64,000 bases of DNA. It comes from Monocercomonoides exilis PA203. Taxonomy: Eukaryota; Protista; Preaxostyla. Location of the stretch: NCBI GenBank assembly GCA_001643675.2, contig LSRY02000015.1:62001-126000 (forward strand). Reading direction: 5' to 3'. Under the pieces are notes generated by a model. It did no database searches. It had not been told where the DNA came from and saw nothing but the letters and a program-made list of their open reading frames with translations. Position numbers and translations under genes: made by a program. The number at the start of each line of letters is the position of its first letter. The first letter of the stretch is position 1. Below, piece after piece: positions 43,913-55,082 of the stretch.

Positions 43913-46900
43913 TTACTTCCCATCTCCGTGCTCGCTCTTCAGGATTGTCAGTTTTTCTCTCAAATCTCCGTCTTCCAGTTTGGCGCCGATGCGTTCAGCA
44001 TACACAGCATTTCTTGTGATCTTCTCCTTCCTGCTGAGATTCATGTGCAGCATCAGCACATTCGCCACCCTCTCTTCGCGCGCCCTGATATCATCATCGT
44101 CCTCACTTTCCTTCTTCTTCTCGTTCAGCACTTTCAGCATCTCCACACTCAGCTGCTCCACATGCTCAATAATCAGATCCTCGTTCCTGTTGCTCACCTG
44201 CCCAATCAGATCAAACAACTTCGCTTTTATGAAGCTGCTCTTCTCCTTCTGGATGTTCCCCATCAGCCTCTTCATCATCTCCTCCTCGTCCATCACCACT
44301 GCATAGTTCTTGTCAATGATCTCCCGCATTGCCTCGCACGCTGCAAATCTCAGCGCATACTTGCCATCGTCCACCATCGACTGCCCATACACCCTCTGCT
44401 CCCTCCACAACGAAGCATCGAACGAAAGGCAGTTCAGCAGAAACGGCACAAACGACTTGAACACCAAACGAGAGATGTGCGGCCTGTTGATGACTGTGTT
44501 CTTCACCAGCAGGCAGATCTCCCTCTCAACTTCTCTCCACGCTGCCTTCACACTGTCCACACTTTCTTTTTCTTCTGGCTTGGCTTCTTTCTTCTTCTCT
44601 TGCTGCTCTGCCTCTCTCGTCAGCATCGTCAGGATCGGCAGCAGATGCCTCAGAAGCGACGCCTCAAACAGCTGGTTGGGCGAAAGCGCCGAAGAGCCAG
44701 CAGACGAAGCAGAAGCAGAAGCAGATGCTGATGAAGAAGAAGACGATGCTGTTGATGATGATGAAGAAGAAGATGATGGCTCCTCGCCTGCTGACGATGC
44801 AGCAGACAAGCCTTTCTTTATCCCTTCCTCAGCCACGTTCGACAGCTTCATCCCAATCGCTGTCCGGAACACAGCACAGCACCCAGCTTTGATCAGAGCC
44901 AGTTCGTAGTGTGCGTCGAAGTTGCTTCCTTCCTCCTTCTTCTTGGCAACCTCCTCCATCTTCCGCATAATCACCTCTGGCTCGCTCGTGCACAGCCTCG
45001 CAATCGACTCGACTGCAGCGTTGCGGGCGCTCTCGTTGTCAGATGCAAACACAGAGGACAAAAGATCAAAGAACACGTTGATGTTGAGCAACGGAGACGA
45101 TGAAGAAGACGATGTGGGAGAAAAAGAAGGACTTTGGCGTTCTTTCTTCAGCGCGCTTTCTTCGCCTTCCTCGTCTTCCTCTTCTTCTCCTTCTTTCTCC
45201 TCTTCTCTTCCGCTGTTCACGAGATACTCGCTCACCGCCACAAGATATCCCATCTGGTTTTTGTCTTTCTTTCCTGCAAGCGAAATCAAAGAAGAAATAA
45301 GCGACTGCTTCGAAGGTGATGTCTCTGCTCCCACACACATCATTCCCAGACATCTGGAAGCAGCTGACACAACCTCTGGGTCGATTTCTCCTTCTCCTTC
45401 CATGAAATACTTGATCTTGCTCATCAAATAGCTCTCGCTTTTGCCACTTTGCTTCTCATTCCTCGCTTTCTCCACTTCTCCTTCCACGTCTGTCTTCATC
45501 CCCAGATACCCAAACACATCCAGCGCAAACACAGCTGACGGAAGCGGCGGGAAGAAGAAAGCAGGCGACGAGTTGGACGGCGAGGAAGCAGAGAACGGCG
45601 ACGGGGCAGGCGAAATGGAGGCGCCAGGAGCAGACGGAGGGGGAGACACTCTTCCAGCTGGTGTGCCGCGGCGCCCGGCGAAAGGAGGAGGAGAAGATGA
45701 CGTCGGGTGAGGGAAGTGGGAGGCAGAGGAATATGCTTGTGGTGGAGGGCTTCTTCTTCCGCCCATTGCAGAGGAGTGAGGATGGGGTGGAGGAGAGACG
45801 GAAGAAGGAGGAGAAGATCTGCCGCCAGCCACAGCGAAGGAGAATGGCGAGGAGGCAGAAGCAGAGGAAGATGAAGAGGCAGAGACAGAAATTGGGGATG
45901 AAGCGACGTTGGAAGATGAGGCAGCAGCACCAGCCATTGCAACAGGCGCTGCGTCCTCCAGGAGCGCAATGAGTTCTTTGAGGAACGACTCCTTTGTGGC
46001 AGGCGAGCAGTGCAAAAGCAGCTTAGACAGCACCATCCCTGTGTTCACCCAGCAGACAGGGTCAATCGTGTTCACCTGGCTAATGTCGAGAATCTGCTCA
46101 ATCTCTTCTTTCACGGCCTCTTCGTTGCCTTCTGCGCCTTTTCCTTTCTTCCCGCCCATCTCCTTCATCATCGCCAAGTGCAAGTTGCCCACTTCTTCAG
46201 CTGCTTTGCGGGTGAGCAAGGGGTTCATCAGCACATTCACCCTCATCCTCGTCATGTCTTCTGACTGAATCAGTTCGTTCGCCTTCTTCCCTTTCGCTCT
46301 CACCATCTTCCTCAGCGCAGCAGCTGCAAGCGACGTGAATGTCTCATCGACTTCTTCAAAGAACAGCAGGAGTGCTCTGATGATCTCCCCCAGCGTCTTC
46401 TCCTTCATCGCCACATTCCTTTTTTGGCTTTCGGTGCACGAGAAGAGGGCGCTGATGGCTTTGATGCCGATTTCGACCTGTTTTCTGTTCTGTCTTCTCC
46501 TGACACAGCTGGACAGCTCGTCTCCACACATGTCGATGGATTCAGAGGGGAAGTATGTGAGAAGAGAAGAAGAAGAAGCTACTGATGTTGATGATGATGA
46601 TGATGACAGCATTTCACACAGAGCAGTCGAAGCAGCCAGCCTCAGCGTCTCGTTTGACAGGCGCTCAACCACAATTTTGAAGCTCAGCTTGCTTTTCTGC
46701 TCGCCCAGTGCGAAATAGAGGCAGGAGGTGATTCTTCCCAATGAAACAACCGCTTTCTGCTTCACAATCTGTTCAGTTTGTCCTCTTTGGAGGGTGTCCA
46801 GGCACATGTCACACAGCTCTACAGCATAGTGGAAGAGGATGGGCTTGCGAGGGACTGAGGAGGAAGAAGAGGTGGCTTTCAATTGGGAGGCTGATTGGGG

Positions 46901-47659
46901 TTGTTAGTTGATCAGACAGATAGAAGAAGAAGAAGAAGAAGAAAATAAAGAGAAATTCAATGAAAAAATAAATAAATATATATATTTATAATAATAACAG
47001 CATTTCCAATACCATTTCCATAGCACGCCGCCAGCTCTCCCGCGATCTCCAATCCGTTTGCCACCACCATCGGGTCTTCGTTCTGCTGAGTGACACGAAT
47101 CAGCTGGATGAAACAGGCCAGCACGCCATCGATTCTTCTGAAGGGGTGTGAATGAATCAGCGACTTCAGCAGCGAAAACGAGTTCTCCACAATTCTGGCA
47201 GTGATGTTGCTGTTTGGCGAGGAGGAGGTGTCTTCATAGAGAGGATACTTTGCTTCTTTGATCATCAGACGCAGAAGAGACGTCGGCAGACCGCGTTTCT
47301 CATGGCTTCTGCTTTTGTTGTTGTTTTTGCTGTTACTTTTTGAGTCATAGCGCTCAGCCACAAACATCAAATTCTTCAGAAGAAGGAAGATGTTTGCGCG
47401 TGTTGACAAAGATGGGCAGCGGAGACGAGAGCAGAGCTTGCGGATGAGCAGAGGGACGTGGGGGAGAAGGAAAGAGGTGCTGAATAACGAGGAAATATAT
47501 ATATGCATAATGTTATATTGCATAATAACAGAAAAGAAGATTGAATGAAAAAGTAAGAAAATTACATGCATAAAAGAAAAGCCTTCATTGAAATATATCT
47601 TTAAAAATAGTTAATTCATTCATTTAAATAGAACACTTTATTTTTCCCCCTTCTCTTTC

Positions 47660-47715
<56 letters not shown>

Positions 47716-49532
47716 CTTTCTCTCTCTCTCTCAACAGACATACCAATCTTCGCTCTCAATCTTCGAATATTCTTCAGTCAGCCTCACAATCAGCAGCAGT
47801 ACCTGAATAAGTGCCTCAAGTGTCTGGCTTGTGTGCTCAACCAGTCTGTTCAAGAGAACAGAGAAGAAAGAGGTGTATGCGTCTTTCAATGAAATCATCT
47901 CTCGAGAAATGAAAAGCTCCAAGCAGCGCAATGCCTCTCTTCTTACTCTCCAGGAAAGATCATCTCCTGACTCGTCCTCTTCCTCCTCTTCCTCTTCATA
48001 CGCATTGTCTTCTTCCTCTTCCTCATATTCTCCTTCTTCATTCTCTCCTCCTCCTTCTGCTTCTTCCTCTTCCTCTTCCTCCTCTTCCTCTCCTTCCTCT
48101 TCTCCTTCCTCTTCTCCATAAACTGGGTCATATTCCAACGACTCCTTCACTGCCCCCAAAATCTGCTCATTAAACTTCCCTCCTTCTTTTTGTGTGTTCA
48201 CCGCTGTGATGATGGCTGTGATAGCTTCCAAACAGTTTGCCCTCAACTCTTCTTCGCTCAGCCCGTTTTCGAGTTTTCGGATGTGCTCAGAGAAAAGAGG
48301 CAGAAGAACAGCTGCATGTGGAGTGATCTGCTTGCCTACAACAGTGCTGTCAATGAAAAGAAAGTATTGTTTGTATATTAAAATAAATAAATAAATAAAT
48401 AAAATGATTGATGAAAGGAAATTCAAAAGAAAATGAGTCAAGTCGAAAAAACAAAATGAATCGAAAGATATTTTAATAAAAACACGGTAAAATACTTTTC
48501 TTTTTTAAAAGTAATGAAAAATATTAGATTCAACTTGCAACCAGACAAAAAATTATCTTTTTTAATTTTTATAAAAAATTATTAAAATATCTTTCTCTTT
48601 TTCTCTCTTTCTCTCTCTTTCAATTGTGAAGCATACGAAATTTTAGCAAGAAGTTTCAATCTGAATTGTGATGCACCAACAGCAGAAGACGACGATTGCA
48701 CAATGCTGACACTACCAGTAATAATATCGTTGAGTAATGCTGGGGAAAGATGAGGTGCCAATGAAAGCATCGCTGCTAATGCTTTTTTCTTAATATTTTG
48801 TGAATGATTGTCTAACGAAGACAAAATTGTCTTTACCAACAATGGTTGTGCCTGCCCCAAATTCGCTCCGAATCTGTGAGAAAAGTTTGACATAAGGTCC
48901 AGAGAAAATTCGTGTGTCTCCTCTTTTTCGCACATATGAATCAACGACTTGAATAAAGAATTAACAATAACTCTTGTGGAATTTGGATGGCTTTGATCAA
49001 TAACAATTTTCAAAGCGCTTGTAGCTACAGGACGTCTATCTGGCAGTACGCCTGTCAAAGAAGTTATATAGAAATTTATAATAATTGCAATGGTGTCGTC
49101 TTGTAATCCTCTCTCAACCAATGTTCCAATTCTAATGTTTAAAGCATCCAACAATATCAATTTTTATAAAATTCATAATCAAAAAAGGATAAGCATACAC
49201 ATTGAACGCAACTGACTGGATTGCACTTGCTGTTTGAGCCTTTTCCAAAATGGATTGAATCTAAGTTGTAATTCGATTTCGAAGGAATTTTTCAACCAAA
49301 AAATTATTGTAATCTATAGCAAACCAATGGCTTTTCAAGATCTCCAAGAGTAAATCCGGGTTCTTTTAAAATTTTCTGGAGATCAATCAATCCTTGCTGT
49401 TGGATATCAGGATCAACATTCTTGATTCGATCTTATAGATTTGCACACAAAACAAAATTAAAGATAAGTTCTCATCAAAAAGATTCAAAAATTTAAACCA
49501 AAAGCAGTTCGAAGACTTTGCATCAAGCTCAT
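43913..49532 (-). CDS. CAND1: Cullin-associated NEDD8-dissociated protein 1 (CAND1/TIP120)-like HEAT-repeat protein, multi-exon
   Basis: N-terminus MSLMQSLRTAF|DRIKNVDPDIQQQGLIDLQ, then ELRANCLEA, LEYDPVY followed by an acidic tract and DDLSWRVRREALRCLE. C-terminal MVDDGKYALRFAACEAM corresponds to the TIP120 VDDGLxxRKAAFECM motif. ORFs 48582-49160, 47731-48441, 46957-47571 and 43913-46882 are its exons. Confidence 0.85.
47660..47732. repeat. (TC)n/(TTTC)n microsatellite in a CAND1-like intron
   Basis: About 11 TTTC units flanked by TC runs. Confidence 0.85.
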
Positions 49533-49593
49533 CTTTTCTTTCACAATTTAGATCAAACCACAATAATGTTTGTGAGTTTGGTTGTGTGTTATT
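49533..49593. promoter_or_regulatory. Putative very compact bidirectional promoter
   Basis: 61 bp separate the inferred divergent ATGs at 49532 (-) and 49594 (+). This depends on both start assignments. Confidence 0.45.
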
Positions 49594-51610
49594 ATGTCTG
49601 CTTTCCAGGATTCTCAGGACAACCATGAAACAGAAACCCAGAACATGAATTTGAGTTCGTCTGAGAAGCCTGGAACGTCAGGACATGAACTACGAATCAG
49701 AACTTCTGATGAAATACTTATGGACCATTTAATTCATCGCAATGTTCGGTACGAAAAAATAATTTTGGAGCGAAAAGAAACAGCAGAAAGGCTTCAAAAA
49801 GAGATAAATGAATTAGAGTCAACGATACAATTCTGTGCAAAAACACAAATTGAAAATGAAAGGCTTCAACAGCTTATCAAGTTTGTATTTTTATAATCAA
49901 TTTAAAAATGATAATATTACAGGGGATAAACATCAGAGATTTGAAAGAACGTGAAAAGCGTGAAGCAAAGTACCACGAAGAAGATTATGCTGAAATGGAA
50001 AAATTTGCAGAGAAAGAAAGAGAACATTTAATTACAGTTTGTATCCCATGAGTAGTTCTCTTTTTCAAATAACGTTTTGTTTTTACGTTTTAGAATTATA
50101 GAAAGTCTCTGCGCAAAGAAACAGAAGAAATTAATAGGTCCATTATGGATGCTTTGGATACAGAGTTACTTGATATTCAACGAAAGAAAGATAATTATCG
50201 TTCTCAAATAGAACAGCAAGAGAAGATGTTTGAAGTTGCTTATTCAAGACTTCAAGCAATGGAGAGACGAGTGTTAGAAGTCGAGGATGCACTCCACAAT
50301 GCCGAGCAACAATCTTCTGAAGCGAAAACTAACCTGAATACTTGCGAAAGAATGATCCAATTAACAAGAGAAGAAAATGAAGGCATGGAAAGAGAAATTG
50401 AAGCTTTAAAGCTGAAAAAACAGCAGAAAGACGAAATATTGAGAGAAAAAGAAGAATTAATGCAAAAGATAAAAGAGTTGAAAGAAAAGAAAGAGAAAGC
50501 CAAAGAAATTGCGCAACAGCACAGGAACATGCAAATAAATCAGCTGATGCAAAGGCCTCATCATCAGAAAGCAGGCGAAAAGAAGAACAAAATCACTGCT
50601 CAGAAAGAGAAAGAAGGCGAAATAGGACTTTCAGACAGAAAAAAAGGCACCGAAAATCTATCTCCATTGGCCATTCGTTCTTCTGTTTCGTACTCAAACC
50701 CGACGTCACTGTCTCAATTTCCTTATGATTACCCCCTTTTTTCAGTGTATGGCTCTGACTCCTCGTCTGCTTTTGCTCTCTCGTCCAACTTGACAACAGC
50801 GCGTCTTTCGCAGAGGAACTCCAAAAGCGCCTCGCGAGCTTTGTCTCCTGCCCTCACGTCGCTTTCTTCCCTTTCCTCGTCTGCTTCTCATTCGTCTCGT
50901 TCATCTCGATCATCTCGTCTGTCTTCTTCTTCTCCTTCTCCTTCTGCTGCTGGTGGTGGTGGTGGTGGTGCACATCCAATCCGTTCGAGCTCTGCCTGCC
51001 CTGCTGACTCGCTGTGGCGCTCTTCAACATCAGCACTTTCTTCTCTTTTGCCTCCAAAACGTTCGCTTTCTCCTTCGATTGGGGCGCCTTCTTCTTTTTC
51101 TTCATCAATTATGCCTGTGGCACCTTTGCAATCGAGTGAGTCATCCGACAAGATGGATAAAGAAGTGCATGATGATAATGATGATATTGGATCATCTTCA
51201 TCTTCCTCTTCCTCTTCCTCTATCTCTTCAAGTTACGACAAAAACAAACAAGAGAAGGATGCGAAACTTGTTGCATTTATCATCCACGAAATGGAGATGA
51301 AGAAGATGAACGAGAAAAGACAACAGAAAAGCTATGGAAGTAGCATTCGTCAGAGCTTCTCTGAAAACTCTAAGCAAAAAAGTGAAGCTGGGAAAGATTT
51401 GAAATTGAAGCCTTTGAAGTTTGGATGGACACCAAAGTTTCTGGCAAGCAAGGAAAAAGAAGTTGTTACAATGCAAAGGTTTGCAAGTAATATTCATTTT
51501 TCAAAAATAAATTTTCTTGTTATCTCTATTAAACATATTGTTCTTGCTATTTTTGTATCAGTTCGAAGGATTTTACTCAAATTTCTATTCCTCGTTTCTT
51601 GAATCCCTGA
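49594..51610 (+). CDS. Hypothetical coiled-coil protein with Ser-rich C-terminal half, multi-exon
   Basis: ORFs 49582-49896 and 50145-51602 are joined by short GT-AG introns, with a heptad-like E/K/Q/L-rich region. Last intron 51479-51561 gives ...SKDFTQISIPRFLNP-TGA at 51610. Confidence 0.7.
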
Positions 51611-51927
51611 AGTTTTGTTGAAAGTGTGTGTTGTATGAGCTTTTCCAATGTCATTTTTTGTTTTCAATTTCTTCTTTATAAAATGTGGAATTATTGAGTT
51701 GAAGATCGCAAAATTGTTATTGAGAAACATTTTAGTTCGATTGTTATGCATTTGTTGAATGACTTTTATTTCATATAAAAATATTAATTATTTACTAGTT
51801 CAATTGAAAATTATATGAGTAATTAGAAAAAGCGCTTTTTATTACAAGGAAGAATTGAAAGAAAAATTTTTGTTATTTGACGCAAAATCAATGAGAGCAA
51901 TCATGTTATTTTCCAATACTTTCATTT

Positions 51928-52479
51928 TTAAACCATAGAGACAATTTCAACTTCAAATTTCAGGGTTGCATTTGGCCCAATTCCCCATGCGGGAAATCCT
52001 CTTTCTCCATAGGCATAATCTCCAGTCATTGTCAAAATTGCTTTCTCACCGCATTTCATTGACATAAAACCTTCATCCCAACCGCGGATAACTTGTCCCA
52101 AGCTAAAAATAGAAAATAAAACGCATGTTCGTTGTAGATGGAAATAAAATCATTTTATACAGGTCAAAACTATTATCAAAGCATACCCAACACGAAATGA
52201 GAAAATGTTCTGGCCAGGATCCTTAGTTGACCAAAACTTCTTGCTATAAAATGCAGCATTTAATTTTTTTCAAAATACAATTATTCAAAAATAATTCAAT
52301 ATTTACTCGCAAACCCGTCTGCAAGATATCCAGTGCAATGAACATTAATCTGAAAAACATATCGTGAAATAATGAAATTAACAAATATGTGATGCTTTCA
52401 ACAAATTAAAAAATGCCTGTTGTCCTTTTTTAGGTGTTGAACCTGTGCCTTCAACTAATATCTGTTTTTCCCACCCCAT
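51928..52479 (-). CDS. FKBP12: FKBP12-type peptidyl-prolyl cis-trans isomerase (four exons, missed by the ORF track)
   Basis: Spliced translation [112 protein letters not shown], with the VIxGWDEG and DYAYG signatures. Confidence 0.95.
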
Positions 52480-55082
52480 GATCAAAAATCAATCCATAAA
52501 TTATAATTTTAAAAATGAAAAACAATCATCGTATTAAATGCAAACAAGAAAAAATAAAATAAAAAAGGTTTAACAAATCATTCAAGATTGTCACTTTTTT
52601 TTATTTGTTTTAGTTTAAAATTATGACGAAAAAAAGTGTAATGTCTTTTCTAGAATAGTGAAAAACAACGAAATAAACTAAAGAAATAATCCTAATGGTT
52701 TTTTAATGTAAAATGAAAAATAAAATAATAAAATTCGTTGAAAGTTAAAATTTTATTGTTGTATATGGGTGATTATTTTTGAAATCATATATTTATTCGT
52801 GGGATGAGTTATTTTCTCATTGACAGTTATTTTCAAAAGAATTATAAAAGAAGTTTCACATTCTTTCAAATTATTGTCTTTCAAATGCATGTTGACTTCA
52901 ATATAAAAGAAGATCATTGAAATTTTTTGTAAAAATATAGGATAGATTTCTAAGTTTTTGCGACAAATAATTAATTCGAAAAATTAGACTGGAAAAATCA
53001 GAAATGAAAATAATCACCCATATCCTCAGTTTTGTTTTCAAATTTTGTCAAAGAATTAAATTTATTTTTGATTTCAAATCAAAGAAACTGGCAAAGAGTT
53101 TGACATTTTTCCCGAGAAAATAATATATTCATTCATATAACTAATCATTCATTCACACGATTATTTTTCTTTTGAAAGATTTGTTTTTTCATTTATTAAA
53201 TTTTTTCTCATATGACAAAATCCAAAGATTTTTTTTTTCTTCACTGAAGTTGTTTGAGTTAATTTTGAAGAATTTATTCGAATAAATAGGATGCAAAATG
53301 ATAAGTTTTTAATCAATCAAAAAATGAGAATTAACATAAATTGCTTATTTTTTGAAAAAATGATTCGAAAATAACTTCATCGTTATTATTTTGATAGGAG
53401 TTATTTTCCAAATGAAAAAAAGAAATTAAAAAAATTCGAACTTGTTGTGTAGAAATAATAATTTATCTTCAAATAAATATCCTTTGAAACTTTTTCTGAA
53501 CAAAAAACCGAACGTTTTCTTTCTTTTTTCTTTTCTTTTCTTTTTCTTTTTTTTCTTTAATTAGGGATAAGTAAACAATCTATTGCAAAAGACATATGAT
53601 AATGAATCGATATTAATAAACTATTCGATAAACAGAGTGAATAATTGTTTGAATTTAAAAATAATATGCAACTTGAAAAAAATGAAAAAAAAAAGGAGAA
53701 AAAAATATTTGTTCAATATGTAACATTGTTTAAAAAAAACTTTTTCTTTGGCAACTCTTCAAAAAAAAAATTCTTCTTTAATCTTTCTTTCAAAAATTGT
53801 CTCATATAGAAGAGTGAAGAATTATAATTGTGTTCTTCATTTTTTGTCGAACTCACTTTGGGCAATTTGAAAAATATGCAGACATTAAAATCTTTTTGAC
53901 CATTAACTTAACTCATGTTTCATGAAAATAAATAATCTTTATTGGTCTGTACTATTATTTGATTTATGTGTTTCTGATTTTGTTTCTAAATTTTTCTGAA
54001 AAACTGTCATGAAAAGAAAGTATGATAATAATACATCAAATGAAATTGACAGAAAAACAACTCAGATTATTTACAATTTTTTGAACATTGGATAGTTCAA
54101 TAACGACTGGATGCGTCTTTTTGAAATTTATTTTCAAATTATCACTTCATAAAAAAAAATCCCATTTTCTATCACAAAATTTTAAGTTTAGCATTTCACT
54201 TTGAAATAATTGTTAATGACCATTGAAAAGTTTCGACACAATTTCCAAGTGATTCTATTATGCATTTGAGGTTAAATATTATTCTTTTGGCATTTTCATT
54301 GTCAATTTATGCACTTTTTGTTAACTTTTTTGTTCAATAAATTCAAATAAAATAAACTTTATTTTTTTGAAATACGTGTGAGGTCAAAAAATTTTTTGTG
54401 TTTCTATATGAATAATATTTGTTTACGGACACGAAAATCCAATTTATTTTGAAATCTGAGAATGATTTATAAAGTGATGAATGAATCTAAATTTTCATTA
54501 TTTGTGCAAAAAAAGTTTGAAAGTCTATTCTTTCCCCCATTAATCTCAAACACTGTCTTAAGCAATAATTGCAACACATTAAACATGAAAATGAATTATA
54601 TTTATCCAAAGATAAAAACATTATGAGAAAAATATTTCAAGAAAAAAGTAATGATTTTTAAAATTATCACCTGTACCAAGAAAATATCACATCAAAATGA
54701 TATTATCCTTATATGCTGTCCATATCCCAAAAATTTCAAGTTTTTTTTCTATTGTCCAAATTGAATTAACTATCAACAAAGTTGAAAGATTCACACTTTT
54801 CTTTTTCTTTTTTTCCTTTGTATTTAAACAAATTCATATTATTTCCCCCCAAAAAAGACGATGAATATTTCTACAATAATCACCAAAAAAATAAAAGAAA
54901 AGATAATACATACTATTATTTGTTTAAAAATACATAATAATCAGTAAATGCGAAATGTTTTAATAAAATCAAGACAGATGCTATTCAACATTGAAAGCAA
55001 ATAAAAAAATATCTAACAATGCAAAGACACAAATGAAGGCTATTTCTCCCTTTCTACAAACTCGAGCATCAAATGCACAACA

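Noticed and set aside
43928-48394. Plus-strand ORFs up to 267 aa opposite CAND1-like
   Set aside because: Antisense frames stay open because of GC-rich, low-complexity codon usage.
52500-55050. 2.5-kb ORF-free AT-rich gap as ncRNA or centromere-like DNA
   Set aside because: No repeat, hairpin or RNA-gene signature was visible by eye.
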